From NCBI GenBank assembly GCA_964016885.1, contig OZ024741.1:34968001-35032000 (forward strand): 64,000 nucleotides of DNA. Reading direction: 5' to 3'. Position numbers and translations under genes: made by a program. Shown here in pieces: positions 12,745-27,831 of this stretch; positions within the stretch are counted from its first letter, which is position 1; each line of letters begins with the position of its first letter. The notes below the pieces were generated by a model. The model made no database searches. It had not been told where the DNA came from and saw only the letters and a list, made by a program, of their open reading frames with translations. Source of the DNA: Eledone cirrhosa (lineage: Eukaryota).

Positions 12745-14512
12745 TCGAAATATAATACGTGAATGTAATAGATAAAATCCATGGGGCTGAAAATCGAGGA
12801 CCCGAGGGCGACCGCTATTCTGTTCCTTCAACCTCAGCCGGTCGCCCTGGAGTGACATGGCTAAAGTTTATAGTATGCTACTACCGGTCAGATAAACGAA
12901 AACAGAAAGGGATGGGAGCATAAGTTAACGTCGATCTCATGACACAAGGTAAAAGAAAGAAAGAAAGGAAGGAGAGAGAAGAAGGGGGAAGAAAGAAGAA
13001 GAGAGGCCAGGGTTAATGTCAGCTAAAAGAAGAAAGGCAACTACTACCGGTCAGATATAGGCAAGCAAGAGGGGGAAGGAAGATAAGTCTGCGGGAGGAA
13101 GACAGGAAGAGGGGAGAAGAGAAGGAAGAGAAGAGAGAAGTAGAAAAGTAAGGGTTGATGGCTACAAGAAGGAAGATAGAAAGAAAGAGGAAGAAAGGTC
13201 GATATTAATGTCAGACCACAGTCAAGCCAGGAGTGGCGCGAGAAAATGTTCACAGGGACCCGCATCTTAGCAGAGATGAATATATTGGGAGTCAGTGTGT
13301 TACAGTGTTTAGACTTCTAGGATGAAGTTAAAAAAATTAATAATCAATATTCAATATTAAAGAGGTTAGAAAATTTAAAGTTCAACAGTTTAACATTTTA
13401 TTATATAATAGTTCCGATTTGTTCTGTAATTTAAGGGTACTATGTGGCGGTTAAAACACCGGCCGCGCCCCGGGCCCCATGGCGAATTAAGCTACGCCGA
13501 GTATTTTGATTTACTGAAAGAAGGGGAAATTTATTTTTCCAAGCACTCCAGGTGAGCTCGTTCGCCAGGGAGCTGGTCGCGCCGCCATTAAAACCCACCC
13601 AACAGTCCGACAGAAAGTTGGAACTTTAGAATTTTGCTTAGAGAAGTAAAAGAGTAATGGTTGATAGCTACAAGAAGGAAGATAGAAAGAGAGAGGAAGG
13701 AAGGTCGATATTAATGTCACACCACGGTCGGGCCAGGAGTGGCGCGACAAAATTTTCACAGGGACCCGCATCTTAGCAAAGGTGAATATATTGGGGGTCA
13801 GTGTGTTACAATGTTTAGACTTATAGGATGAAGTTAAAAAATTAGTAATCAATATTCCATATTAAAGAGGTTAGAAAATTTAAAGACCAACAGTTTCAGG
13901 TTGATATATCTAATAGTTCCGATTTGTTCTGTAATTTAAAGGTACTATTTGGCGGTTAAAACACCGGCCGCGCCCCGGGCCCCGTGGCGAACTAAGCCAC
14001 GCCGAGTATTTTCATTTACCGAAAGAAGGGGAAATTTATTTTTCCAAGCACTCCAGGTGAGCTCGTTCGCCAGGGAGCCGGTCGCACCGCCGCTAAAACC
14101 CACCCAACGGTCCGACAGAAAGTTGGAACTTTAGAATTTTGCTTAACTCTATCGGATGAAGTTGAAAGAATTCAGAATAACATTATAAAACTAATGCTTG
14201 CCTATATCTGACCGGTAGTAGTTGCCTTTCTTCTTTTAGCTGACATTAACCCTGGCCTCTCTTCTTCTTTCTTCCCCTTCTCTCTCCTTGCTTTCTTTCT
14301 TTCTTTTACCTTGTGTCATGAGATCGACGTTAACTTATGCTCCCATCCCTTTCTGTTTTCGTTTATCTGACCGGTAGTAGCATACTATAAACTTAAGCCA
14401 CGTCACTCCAGGGCGACCGGCTGAGGTTGAAGGAACAGAATAGCGGTCGCCCTCGGGTCCTCGATTTTCAGCCCCATGGATTTATCTATTACATTCACGT
14501 ATTATATTTCGA

Positions 14513-14570
14513 ATACCTGATGATATCACCGGATTCATACGGAACCTGGTCATTGAAATGATCATAGTAT
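14513..14570 (+). ncRNA. Minimal type-I hammerhead ribozyme motif
   Basis: atac-CTGATGA-[accgg...ctggt hairpin]-GAAA-TGATCA-TA-gtat; palindromic TGATCA. Confidence 0.8.
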
Positions 14571-14765
14571 AATAAACCTTTCAAGGATTTACACAAATCC
14601 AGCCTCCTGTCATTTCATTATAATATTTAACTCCGTAATAACACCACCAACTACAAAAACAAAGACGGTTGAACTGCTTTACGTTGAGTACTCTCTATAT
14701 TATTGCATTACGATTGACCATACGGAATAGACCAGCTCTATACAGTGGTGAACCTCAAACCTGAA

Positions 14766-15261
<496 letters not shown>

Positions 15262-15575
15262 TCATCATCATCATCATCATCATCATTTTACGTCCGCTTT
15301 TCCCTGCTTGCAAGGGTGGGATGGGTCTTATTCAGCACAGCATCTCTCCACTCGTCACGGTCCCTCGTCATCTCCACCGTGAGCTTCAATGATCTGAGGT
15401 CTGTTCTCACCACCTCCGCCCATGTTTTTCGTGGTCTACCTCTACCACGTCTTCCTTCAACTGGCATTTCCTGGCACTTCTTCACCCATCGGTCATCCTC
15501 CATGCGCATCACATGTCCATACCACCTCAGTCTCCTCACCTGTACACTACATTCTATCCCTCTCAGACACAGTTT
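15262..15575 (-). mobile_element. RTE family C 3' fragment with short 3'UTR
   Basis: RRLRWYGHVMRMEDDRWVKKC...RGRPRKTW; ends cccacccttgcaagcagggaaaagcggacgtaaaat(gat)n. Confidence 0.85.
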
Positions 15576-15578
15576 CAT

Positions 15579-15623
<45 letters not shown>

Positions 15624-15775
15624 TATATATAAATATATATTAGAAAGTGAGGTTTTTTTTACAAAATGAAAAATAACCGAGGTGTCCTACACGAGTGAAA
15701 GTATAAAGAAAAAGAGATGAAATCGAAAATGCAACTGGAGTCTTATTTTTTTTAAAAATATATATATTTATTTGG

Positions 15776-15818
15776 TTCATTTACCGGTTTCGCAGTTCTT
15801 CTGCTTTTCAAAAGGTGA
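15776..15818 (-). ncRNA. Hammerhead-like variant with U3/A8 core
   Basis: TTGAAAA-gcag-aagaa-ctgc-GAAA-CCGG-TA on minus; stem I weak. Confidence 0.5.
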
Positions 15819-15837
15819 GTTGAGATGGAGGGTCTGT

Positions 15838-16094
15838 GGTTTTGCCCTTCCTAACGCCAACCTCATTTACAGTGAGTGCTGGGTGCTTTTTTGCCGTGGC
15901 ACCTCAACGAACACTTTGCAGTGGAATGACAGGGACCCCAGTCCCTATCATCTCATTTCTAGAGGTGAGTAAACTGGAGCAATGTGAAATAAAGTGTCTT
16001 GCTCAAGGAAACAACACATCACCCGGTCTGAGAATTGAACTCACAACCTTTCGATTGCAAGGCCAATGCTCTAACCACTAAGCCATGTGCCTCC
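15838..16094 (-). mobile_element. SINE family 1, 3'-incomplete
   Basis: Homology to 709-960. Confidence 0.82.
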
Positions 16095-16146
<52 letters not shown>

Positions 16147-17403
16147 ATCATCATCATCATCATCATCATCAACGTTTAACGTCTGTGTTCCACGCTTGCA
16201 TGGGTTTGGACGGGTGTATTCCCACTTGAGGCAAGAGTGGTTGCCTTGCTCGCATAGGACTGTCTGGCAGGTTTTCTACAGTTGGATGCCCTTCCTAACA
16301 CCAACCACATTTACAGTGTGGGTCTGGGAGGTTTTTACCGTGTTGCCTACACGGCCACATTACAGCGTGGACTGTGTGTTTTTTTGTCGTGACACCTACA
16401 CGATCTCATTTGTTTCGGCCTGGATGGCGCGGCACCAACATAACTTTACATAGAACGGGGTGGTGTGGATGGGGTGGGGGTGGTGGGACGGGGTGTATTT
16501 TGTTAGAGATGCCTACTGGCTGTAGTAGGTTTTACTATGCATTTAGGTAAGGCGGGTCTTCTCTATTACTGAGTACCGCCAAAGGTCTCGGTCCAGTGAC
16601 ATTGTCTTGGAGAGGTGTAAGTGTGTGAGGTCGGAGTTTATCAGCTCGTCCCAGGTTTTTCTAGGTCTGCCTATTCCGTGGCTACCGTCTATCTTTATTG
16701 CCCTGCACTTTGTTATACAGCTATCGACTTTCATGCGCATCACGTGTCCATACCAACGTAGCCTTCTCTCGAGTAAACAACATCTGATCCCTCTTATTTC
16801 TAATTTATTCCTTACTTCGTTTATGCTTTGCCGTTCACGTATATTACTGTTACACATCCAGCGGAGCATGCAAGCTTCGTTCCTCTTTAGTCTGCGTATA
16901 TCCTCTGCACACAATGCCCAGGTCTCACTGCCATGCAACATTGCTGTTCGTATGCAGGCATCATACAACCTGCCTTTCATTTTTAGGGAGAACCCTTTAG
17001 CAGCTAATAGTGGTATAAGCTCTCTGAACTTTTTCCAACCAGTTCTGACTCTAGCTACTGTACTTTCAGAGCACCCTCCCCCACTGCTGATTTTATCGCC
17101 CAGGTAACGGAAGCTGTCCACTATTTCTATAGAACCCTCTGCACAATTGAAAGAGCTAGTATTTTGTGGGCACTTGCTGCTACTTATTGCATCAGAGCAC
17201 CGGCCACATGTAAAATCTATGTTCTTAGTTAGCTTACCTGTGATCCCACTACATCTTTTATGCACCCATACTTTGCATTTGGGACATAAAATGGAGTTTC
17301 TACCTACGCCTTTCCTACACACTGAGCATGGCCATTTCCCAGAAGGGACCGCCGCCTTATTTTCTTTCCTACAAACTAGAACTTTAGTCTTAGCCAGGTT
17401 AAT
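16147..17403 (-). mobile_element. RTE family A, 5'-truncated
   Basis: ORF 16543..17421 is near-identical to the C-terminus of the 10080 ORF; 3'UTR and tail present. Confidence 0.92.
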
Positions 17404-17968
17404 TTTTGGTTGGTTCCACAACCAGATAGTTGTTTATATATAGTCATAGTTCTTTCGTCACACACTCTGTGACCTCTTCAGTGACTGGGGATTACTTTCT
17501 TTGTTTCTGTGCCTCTCCTTTGTTCTGTCCTAAGCCATTTTGTTTCTGTGTGTGTGTGTTGTGTGCTCAGTCTGCGCATGCGCCACATCCGGGTGTCTGT
17601 GTGTGTGTTTATGTTCATTTATTTATTTGTTTATTTACATGTTACTGGTTGGTTGTTTGTTCTATGTGTGTGTGTGTTTTCATTTTGTCCTTAATTGTAA
17701 GTTGTGATGTTGCTGTTCCACTCATGTTTTCTATTTAATTTTGGTTGTAATTCTTTTATGTTTATTGCCTCTGTAATTTGTCTAAACATTGCGTCTTTTC
17801 TGTGTGTAGATTCTATTTTTATTTCTATGTTCTCTAATTTACCCTTGTGTTCTATCTTAGCATGTTGGTAGAGTACAGATGATTCTTTATTATCTTGAAG
17901 TATAACAATATCGGTTTCAACACACGATTTCAGATAAAGAATCTTGCTAAACAAATTCAGAAACGAAA
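17404..17968 (-). mobile_element. Penelope-like 3' fragment (GIY-YIG C-terminus, 3'UTR, hammerhead) with inverted terminal piece
   Basis: SSVLYQHAKIEH...RQITEAINIKELQPKLNRKHEW on minus; 17899-17965 is the family 3' terminus on plus. Confidence 0.85.
17442..17486 (-). ncRNA. Minimal hammerhead ribozyme motif in Penelope 3'UTR
   Basis: agtca-CTGAAGA-g-gtcaca-gagtg-tgtgac-GAAA-GAAC-TA-tgact; perfect stems I and II. Confidence 0.8.
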
Positions 17969-18045
17969 TATATATATATAAATATATATATATATAAATA
18001 TATATATATCTATATAAATATATATATATAAATATATATAAATAT

Positions 18046-20390
18046 ACCAACCACCATAATAACAATAATAGCAACACACACAACTATGACGATAGATATA
18101 ATGACAACACCTTAGAGAAACTATTTTTTAACCCAGCTGACAAAACATATAAGATGGGTAATATCTATCCTATGAGATTACCCTTTTATAAAAGTGTTTG
18201 CATACCACAACAAATAGATGACGAGACAGAGGCACAGTTCACCATAGCTAGAAATAAGATTAGACAAATAGTAGACCGGTATACTAAGAGACAGAGCAGA
18301 CCAGAGGCCCAACAACTTGGGAGGAAACCTGTAGAAGGCTTGGTTAGCCTCAAGCAGCGCACAAGGGATGGTGAGGTAGTATGTCTACCCACGGATAAGT
18401 CTGGTAGGATGTTAATAGACAGCAGGCTGAACCACATCAAGGGTATGCAACCCCAAATCACCAACACAAGCGAAATTGCACAGCAAATACATGATGGGAG
18501 AGAGAAAATCCTCAACGCTCACATGATGATGTGGACCGACATCCTAAAGCCAAGCAGACGCACTGCCAACAACTTGCAGGCGTCTAACAATGGCATACCA
18601 CCCTTGTATGGGCTCCGCAAAGACCACAAGACAGTCGATGACCCGACAACAGGACCACCAACAAGACACATATGCGGAGCTAATATAGCTAGCAACTACA
18701 GGATCTCCTACTTCCTCTCAATGGTTATACGCCCCATAATCAAGATGTCCCCAGATGTATGTGACAGTACAGAGGACCTCCTCAGCAGAATCAGTGAGTG
18801 CAACAAAAACAGGAACCTATCCAACTGCATAATAGGCAGCATGGATGTGGTATCACTGTACCCATCCATTAACATTGATTTTGCTGTGGAAAAATGTGTG
18901 GAGTTGATCATTGCGAGTGAGGTGGAGTTCTGCGACATCGACACAGACGAACTGGGCCTCCTACTTAGACTTACCTACGACACTGACTACCTAGACAGCC
19001 ATGACCTTATACGTTTCTGCACTAGTAGACCCATAAGAGGTAGACCCCCCACCATAACCTCAATGGCAAAAAAGACTCCCATGGGAAGGTGGATTGGGTG
19101 GACCAAAGCTATACAGACCCCTCAAAACAATGATCAGGTAAGAAAAATGGTCGCACATGCAATAGGGGCTAGTATCAAAACTACCCTAAAGGGCCACATA
19201 TTCAAGTTCAACGAGAAGATCTACACCCAAAATGAGGGAGCAGCCATTGGCGTCAGCATAGCTGGTGATGTTGCCAACCTTTTCATGGTATGGTGGGAAA
19301 GGAGACTTAAAGATCTCCTTAATGAGAGCTCCATAGACCTCATCATATACTCTCGTTACGGAGACGATATCAATATAGTTATAAGAACATCCCCACAAGA
19401 GAGCACTAACAAGTTTGATTTAAAACGTAGCACAATGGAAAGTATCCAGCAGATAGCTAATTCCATACACCAGAGTATAACTGTAACTATCGACTACCCT
19501 TCCAAACACCCTAACAATAGACTACCTGTATTAGACACGGAACTCTGGATTAACGCTATAGACGAAAGAGCCAAAATTCCCCACTCACACTATGCTAAAC
19601 CCATGGCCTCCAAATACCTGATACTCAAAAACTCAGCAATGTCCAGTAGTGTTATGTTTAATATTCTGATCGCAGACTTGGTACGAGTGATGAAGAACGT
19701 GTCCCGCATGTGCGACCCAACAGAAATGGTAAGACACGTCCAACACTTCATCAACGCATGCAGTTCTCTGGCTACAACCAAAGAGACAGAATCAGAGTAT
19801 ACGAAGGAACCACGGAGAAGTATAAGACCCTCATAGAACTGGACATGAAAGGAATTTGCCCATTATACAGGAGCAAATCATGGAATAGCTTAGATAGGAC
19901 TAGACATAAGATAGGGAAAGCCACCTCATGGTACGACAACCAGAGATACCAGAGTGTCATGTTTGTGGATGCTACCCCTAGAGGGAAATTAGCTAACCAG
20001 TGTAGAAAGGCCCTGAGAAAGACCCACTTAAAGATTAAGGTGGTAGAAAAGCCAGGAACCACCATAAAATCCCTGATCAGCAAAACCTACCCTTTTAAGA
20101 AAACCCACTGTACTAATAGGAAATGTATCATATGTAGAGTAAACCCCCGGATAAACTGTAAAACTAGAAACGTAGTCTATAGCATAAGATGTACAGAGGG
20201 TACTTGCAGAAACATGACAACAACATACATAGGCGAGACAGCTCGTAGCATAGGTGAAAGGATAGACCAACACTGGGGGGAACTAAAAGGACAAAAAACG
20301 GTTCAGTACTATACGAACATGCCAGACAACAACACAACGGTAACATAGACAACATAGAAGTTAGAATAATATCTAAACATAGAAATGACC
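18046..20390 (+). mobile_element. Penelope-like retroelement, RT plus GIY-YIG endonuclease, frameshifted and truncated
   Basis: ORF 18154..19836 has TDKSG, LYGLRKDHK, SMDVVSLYPSI, EGAAIG and RYGDD. ORF 19710..20348 has C-x4-C-x2-C...NVVYSIRC...[16 protein letters not shown] (GIY-YIG). Confidence 0.93.
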
Positions 20391-20651
20391 CATCATCATC
20401 ATCATCATCATCATCGTTTAACGTCCATCTTCCACTTTATCTTTCATGCTTTCAAGGTCAAAAAGAAAACAGCAACCCATTATTGGTACAGTATGTTCTC
20501 CTTACACTTGTCACATCTTGGATGTGATGTTGGTTCATGGGTGAGATGATGTCTGAGTTTACTTATGACTGTCAGCATCTAAAACCCTTAGCAAAAGCAT
20601 GATACATACTACCAAGTTATACTTGATTGTAAATACCAACCATAGCTTTTA

Positions 20652-20852
20652 TTAACCCTTTAGCATTTACATTACTCTATATTTACTATTGTATTTTCAC
20701 AGTAAACATTTTATCTCTCACAATATTGAATCTACGAGATTTTGATAACAATACCTTAGCATAAGTATGAGCAGCCGGTTACAGTTGGTTTGAACAGAAA
20801 GAAATGTGGGAATTCTGGCTGGATACAGCTTGTTTAAATGCTGAAGGGTTAA
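20652..20852. mobile_element. piggyBac-type MITE (TTAA, CCCTTTAGCATT TIR); copies at 35028-35245 and 54489-54714
   Basis: ttaaccctttagcattt...aaatgctgaagggttaa; three homologous copies. Confidence 0.75.
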
Positions 20853-21313
20853 ATAACCAAAGATTAGAGACTGCATGGAGTGGAGAAATTCCTTTTAGCC
20901 TGCAGTGGGTGAAACAACTTCTCTAATGCTGGGTCACTATGGAACACAGCCAATACCTCATGGAAAGTGGCTGACAAACAAACTAAAGTTGAGAAGACCC
21001 GTTGGTCCTGTTAAGGACTTGAAAACTTCTCTAGTGTTGGCGCCATGATAATATGTACTTAATATGCTTTTTTAATTGGTAGTGTTGGAAATATGATAAA
21101 ATACACCCAGTACACTCTGTAAAGTGGTTAGAGTTAGGAAGGGCATTCTGCCATAAAATCCACATAAAAATATGGAATGTATGAGCAAGACTATCTATTC
21201 TTGAATCATGATGATTCACCCATGCTATTCAGCGTGGAAAATGAATGTAAGATGATGAGGATGAAATAGAGAGACTAATGAAAATATATCATAAATAGTC
21301 TTTGTTTACTTAC

Positions 21314-21477
21314 CATAACAACAAAATTTTCCTGAATAGGTCCAAGGGCATAAAAGGATTCTGGTTCATCACTTGGTCGATTATAATGTACAATAGTTCC
21401 AGCAACTGCGAACTTACGTGGCCAGTCTATAGTCCATCCACCGTTGATGTAATAAACACTGCCTTCATTCTTCAGTG
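21314..21477 (-). CDS. ADAMTS6: ADAMTS exon ([28 protein letters not shown]...[10 protein letters not shown])
   Basis: Spacer domain; cag acceptor, GTAAGT donor. Confidence 0.94.
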
Positions 21478-24400
21478 CTGTCAATGATAAAAATCAGCTA
21501 CCTAGAACCTGTGTGGTGGTTGTACTGGTACCACAACAAAATGCACCCAGTCAGTACTTTAAGGTGGTTGTACTTGTGTCACAACAAAAAGCCCACAGTC
21601 CACCATGTAAGGTGGGAATGCTGTCAAAACAAAATACTTCTAGTACATGCTGTAAAGTAGTTGACATTAAAAATGGCATCCAGTCATAGAAAACGAACCT
21701 AAAACAAGTATGAGCTAGAAGTAATGACCTGAGTTATCTAACCTCATAATGTGACAACCTGCCTAATTCATGCAAGCATAGAAAATAGATGTTAAACAGT
21801 GATGACGATGATGATAAAGAGTGATTCCCAAAGTGGACACTACTGCCCCTTGTGGGTACTGGGAGCCTAAAGATGGTTTTTCAATGACAAGTGGAAGTGG
21901 GGGAGGTCGTTGGAAGGCATGAGGCAGTGAGGAAGGAAAGGAGGATGCAAATTAATAGTTACTTGTAAAAAAACGCCATCTTTAGTTATTTAATAAATGT
22001 TTAAATAATTTTATTTTTATATTATTAAAATCTAATTTTCAGTGTGCTATTTTCCATCAACTTTACAGTGGGGTCACTGATGAAATATATTCTCTAAAAG
22101 AGGGCAATAATCCAAAATGGTTGGGAAACCTCTGATCTAGGACTGTTGGTATTTGGAATTAGGCTGGTTGCTAATATAAAACACATATGGAATGAACAGA
22201 AGAGATATGGACATTGTAAACCTTATTACAAACTACCTGTCCAGTAATAAAAAAAAAAAAAATAGAATTTAATACATAGTGTAGAGGGCTCTTTAGTCTC
22301 AGATAATCCCACATGTGGTAAAGGCATGATAAAATATACCCAATGCACTCTATAATACATACACAGCAACAATGTCAGCTGGTTTTTCTGTTAATGTGTG
22401 TGGTAAATGAAGAAGATGTGACATGCACTGTGAGACATGTCCAACACATACTAGTATAGAAAAATTGGTGTAAAATGATGATAGTAACTGCAGCCCTCTC
22501 ACCCCACCCCTAATAATTGTTTCTAATTTTGGCACAATGCCGGCAATTACCCCAGTGCATTACTGATACTTTATTTTATTGACCCCGTAAGGATGAAAAG
22601 CAAAGTTAACCATGGCGAGATTTGAACTCAAACTGTAAAGGGGATTAACTATGCTGGAAAGCATGGTGTCCGACCCTCTACCGATACTGCCAAGCCACCC
22701 ACCCCTAATAATGCCACTGGGTCAGCATTAATAGTTTACTTACCTAGATAATTCTTGCTTTCAGTTTTCTCAGCAATTCTTATGTTCATAGCACTTCTTG
22801 GAATCCTCACAACTTCATGGTAATCTTGGAAAAAATATTAAAACTTCTTATTACCCAAAAACATTATATAACAATCAGCATTTTCAATAACTAACTTACA
22901 TTGACAAGCAGCTTGATGTAAAAGAAGGAACCCCCAAAAACAATTTTGGTTAACTTCTTTTTGTATATAACTCTCCATTTGAAAAGTATATATAAGTTCA
23001 GAAGGACTGACACCATTTTTCTGCTCTTTCTAATTTTATGGAAAAGTTATTTGCTAACAGCTTGTTTATGGCTTCCTTCAATTGTATTCAACCAATCATG
23101 ATTTAATGCGATTTACTAAATGGATACACAATGTTGTAGCGCACCTGAGCACTGTACACAATAATTTCATTATTATATTATATCGGGGTGTGTACAACCC
23201 CTGTGTAACACCTCCCCCCTATTGGGGATATCAATTGTTATTTGTTATTTTATTAATAGTTTTATTTTCATATACCTGTATGTAAACTCCCCATTTGTAT
23301 TTGTCCCCTTCTTTTGTGCCCTTGTGGCTAATAAAGAAATTTATATTATATTATATTTAAAGTGTTAATATCATAATCAATTTTTAGAAGATTTAAGAAA
23401 GTAGGGTGTAATTTGTAAGATTCAACTGCTATTTCTAGCAGATTGAATGATCACTGAAAAGATCCTCATTACTTCATATAGAAATATTTTTAGTATAAAT
23501 GTTGTTGCTTTCAGTAAATTTGTAGGTTTAAAAAAAGAACAGTAAAACATTTTGAGATTTATTTGTTACAAGATGTAACAGTAATTGAATATTCATTCTT
23601 TCACTGGCTTCAATCACTAGAGTGGGGCCATGTTGGGGCACCCCTTCAAGGGACTTAGTCAATATAATCAACCCCAGTACAATTATTTTTCAAGTCTGTG
23701 TTTATTTTATTGATACCTACCTGCTGAACCACTAAGTTATGGAACATAACTAAACAATAAAAGTGAATACAAAAACACATGAGAGGCATCTGCACAGTTT
23801 CTGACTATTAAATTTCACTCAGAAGGCATTTTCAGCCTTAGGTTATAGAATTAGAGTGACATGAAATAAAAGGCCTTGCCTAGGTACACAATGTGTTACT
23901 CAGTCTGGGAATCAAATCCATGACCTTATGATCATAAACCTTACACCATAACCACAAAGTCATATGCCTTCACATACTGAGTGCACTGCGGATCAAAAAC
24001 ATGTCACATGATTGTCTTACCTCCCTGAGTTAAGAGTTGATCAAAAGTACCAGATATGGTTTTGCATGTAGACCCATCTCCACCACACACTCGGCATTTA
24101 TCTTCTTTTGCAGCAGACCCAAGAACATGATCACAACCAACATTCTACAAAAGTAATATAGAAAATATTGATAACTAACATTTATAATGCCATAAATTTA
24201 GCAGAAAGGTATATTCAATGATATATCAACAAACTCCTAACATCACCCACAGTACCTGACTGGTACTTTCTTTTATTGTCTCCCAGAAGGATGAAAAGCA
24301 GAGGTAGCTTCAGTGGGATTAAAAGTCAGAATGTAAAGCTAAAAATAACTAAATGTTACAAAGCATTATCTGTTGCTCTACTGATTCTGCCAATAATCCA

Positions 24401-27400
24401 CTAGGTTAGCAATATTGAAAATATTAATATAATAGTTATGTGTGTGTATATATATACCTTAAACTAAAGACACTCCTTTGTCTTTAGTTTATGCTATATT
24501 TCATTTAAATATATATACATGTCTTGTTGTTTCCTTGAGCAAGACACTTTATTTCACATTGCTTCAGTTTACTCAGCTGTAGAAATGAGATGATAGGGAC
24601 TGGTGTCCCTATCATTCACTGCAAAGTGGCCGTGGAGGTGCCACGGCAAAAAAGGACCCAGCACTCACTGTAAATGAGGTTGGTGTTAGGAAGGGCATCC
24701 AGCTGTAGAAATCAAGCCAGAATCAGTTCCCGTCCCACCCTTGCAAGCAGGGAAAAAGTGGACGTAAAAATGAAATGAATGAATGAATGAATGAATTTAA
24801 ATATCATCATCATCGTTTAACGTCCATCTTCCACGCTTGCATGGGTTTGGACGAGAATTTTCCCACTTGAGGCAAGATTGGTTGTCTTGCTCGTATAGGA
24901 CTGTCTGGTGGGTTTTCTATGGCTGGATGCCCTTCCTAACACCAACTACATTTACAGTGTGGACTGGGAGGTTTTTACCGTGTTACCTACACGGCCACAT
25001 TATAGTGTGGACTGTGTATTTTTTTTTTGTTGTGACACCTACACGACCTCATTTATTTCGGACTGGATGTTGTGGTACCGACATAACTTTACATCCAAAG
25101 GGATGGTGTGGATGGGGTGGGGGTAGTGGGACGGAGGTGTATTTTTGTTAAGAGGTGCCTACTGACTGTAGGTTTCGCTTTGTACTTAGGCAAGGCAGGT
25201 CTTCTGTATTACTGTGTAGCGTCAAAGATCTCGGTCCAGTGACATTGTCTCGGAGAGGTGTAAGTGTGTGAGGTCGGAATTTATCAAGTCGTCCCAGGTT
25301 TTTCTGGCTCTGCCTACTCCGTGGCTACCGTCTATTTTTATCGCCCTGCACTTTTTTATACAGCTGTCGTCTTTCATGCGCATCATGTGACCGTACCAAC
25401 ATAGTCTTTTCTCGAGTAAACAGCATCTGATCAATCTTATTCCTAATTTCTCACTTAGTTCATTTATGCTTTGCCGTTCACGTATATTACTATTACACAT
25501 CCAACGGAGCATGCAAGATTCGTTCCTCTCCAGTCTGCATAGATCCTCTGCACACAATGCCCAGGTCTCACTGCCATGTAACATTGCTGTTCGTATGCAG
25601 GCATCATACAGCCTGCCTTTCATTTTTAGAGAGAACCCTTTAGCGGCCAATAGTGGTATAAGCTCTCTGAACTTTTTCCATCCCGTTCTGACTCTAGCTA
25701 CTGTACTTTCAGAGCACCCTCCACCACTGCTAATTTTGTCACCCAGGTAATGGAAGGTGTCCACTATTTTTATAGAACCATCTGTGCAATGGAATGAGCT
25801 AGTATTCTGTGGGCACTTGCTGCTACTTATTGCACCTGAGCACCGGCCACATATAAAATCTATATTCTTAGTTAGCTTACTTGTGATCCCACTACATCTT
25901 TTATGCACTACTCCTTTCCTACACACTGAGCATGGCCATTTCCCAGATGGGACCGGTGCCCTATTTTCCTTCCTATAAACTAGAACTTTAGTCTTAGACA
26001 GGTTAATTTTGATTCTAGGCCATGCTTCCATGTTTGGAATTTCTTCTCTAGTTCAGCCATTGATTCAGCTATGAGCGTTAGATCATCTGCATATAGGAGT
26101 TCCCATGGGCAGCCGGTCTTTAACTCTTCTGTTATAGCCTGAAGGGCAATAATAAATAGTAGGGGGCTAAGAACGGAGCCCTGATGAACACCAACTTTTA
26201 CGCTAAACTCACTATATTCGTTGTTAATTCTAACCTTGCTGACTGTTTCTTTATACATGGCTTGTATAGCTCTCACAAGCCATTCATCAACACCTAGTTT
26301 TCTAAGAGCCCACTAGATAATGGAGCGGAGGACTCTGTCAAAGGCTTTCTCCAAGTCAACAAAAGCTAAGTATAGGGGTTTACTTTTAGCTAGGTACTTC
26401 TCCTGTAGTCGTTGTACAATGAAAAGAGCGTCTGTGGTACTTTTACCTGACACAAACCCGAACTGCATTTCATCTAGATCAATTCGCTCTCTGATTAGTT
26501 GCGCTATTACTTTTTCTGTGACCTTCATGACCTGGTTGATTAATTTAATGCCTCTATAGTTACACCTATCTAGGGCATCTCCTTTACCCTTGTAGCAGTT
26601 AATGATGATGCTGCTACACCACTCCTTCGGAACAACCCCATTCTGTATGACTTGGTTTACTATCCGGGTGACCATAGTGTGTCCCACCGTTCCAGATGCT
26701 TTCACCATTTCAGCAACTATTTCCGAAGGCCCAGCCGCCTTACCCGTCTTCATATCTTTGATTGCCTTACTTATTATACTACCTTCGACTAACACTGCTG
26801 GTCCCTCTATTGGGTCGATGTGGGGGAGACTGTCTCTCTCCCATTTGTTCTCCTCATTTAGAAGCCTTTCGTAGTGACACTTCCAAGCTACCTTCTTATC
26901 AGCGTCAGTGATGGCAAGTACACCATCATCATTAAGGACACACTTCTCCCCGACAATATTATGGTTTTCCTTGACACATTGCCTAACAATCCTGAACACC
27001 TCACGTTTTTGGTCCTCGCGTTGTAGAACATGCTTGAACTTTCTTTCCTCTGCTTCCCTTCTTGCGAAGTACACTTGTCTCCTAGCTTCCCTCCTGGCCA
27101 CTTGATAGTCTTCTCTACTTCCCCCATCCTGCCATGCTTTCCAAGCCTGCTTTTTGGCCTTGATTGACTCCTCCACCTTACTGTTCCACCACCAAGTTAC
27201 TCTCCTCCTGCCTATAAGCCTGCTCCAGCCACAAACTTCATCTACCGCCTTCAGCAGGTTAGCTTTCAGGAATTCCCACTGTTCCTCTATATTGTACGAC
27301 TCTAATTGCTCTTCCTTACTGTCAAAAGCATCAAGTAATATGCTTTTAAATTTATTACTGGCTGTAGGGTCCTTTAACTTCCATATTTTTCTCCTGAGGA

Positions 27401-27796
27401 TAGTCCTCCTCTGTTGTCGAGTACGTCTTGTCCTGACTATGAGGTCGCTAATTATGAGTATGTTGAGAGGTGCATTCTTCATGGGGGAGGGATTTAGTGT
27501 TTACAACAGACACTATCACGTCTTCTGGTAAGGATATAATCTATCTGATTGGCGTGTTCCTCTGATCTATAGGTGATCAAGTGATTGTCTCGTTTTTTTG
27601 AAGTTAGTGTTACAGATAGTTAGGTTATTTGCATCACTGAATTCCAGGATTCTGGAGCCTTCCTCATTTCTAGTACCAAACCCATAGCCTCCATGGATTC
27701 CGTCATAGCCATCACAATGTTGTCCAACGTGACCATTTAGGTCGCCAGCAATAATTATATATATATATACACATTTCAATTAAATAAATATATATA

Positions 27797-27831
<35 letters not shown>

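Larger units (their letters stand above)
12634..14765. mobile_element. Non-coding hammerhead-bearing element with about 430-bp inverted arms and an internal ~500-bp tandem duplication
   Basis: 12634-13067 is the reverse complement of 14195-14622; about 13140-13640 repeats as 13640-14145; flanked by (TA)n. Confidence 0.8.
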
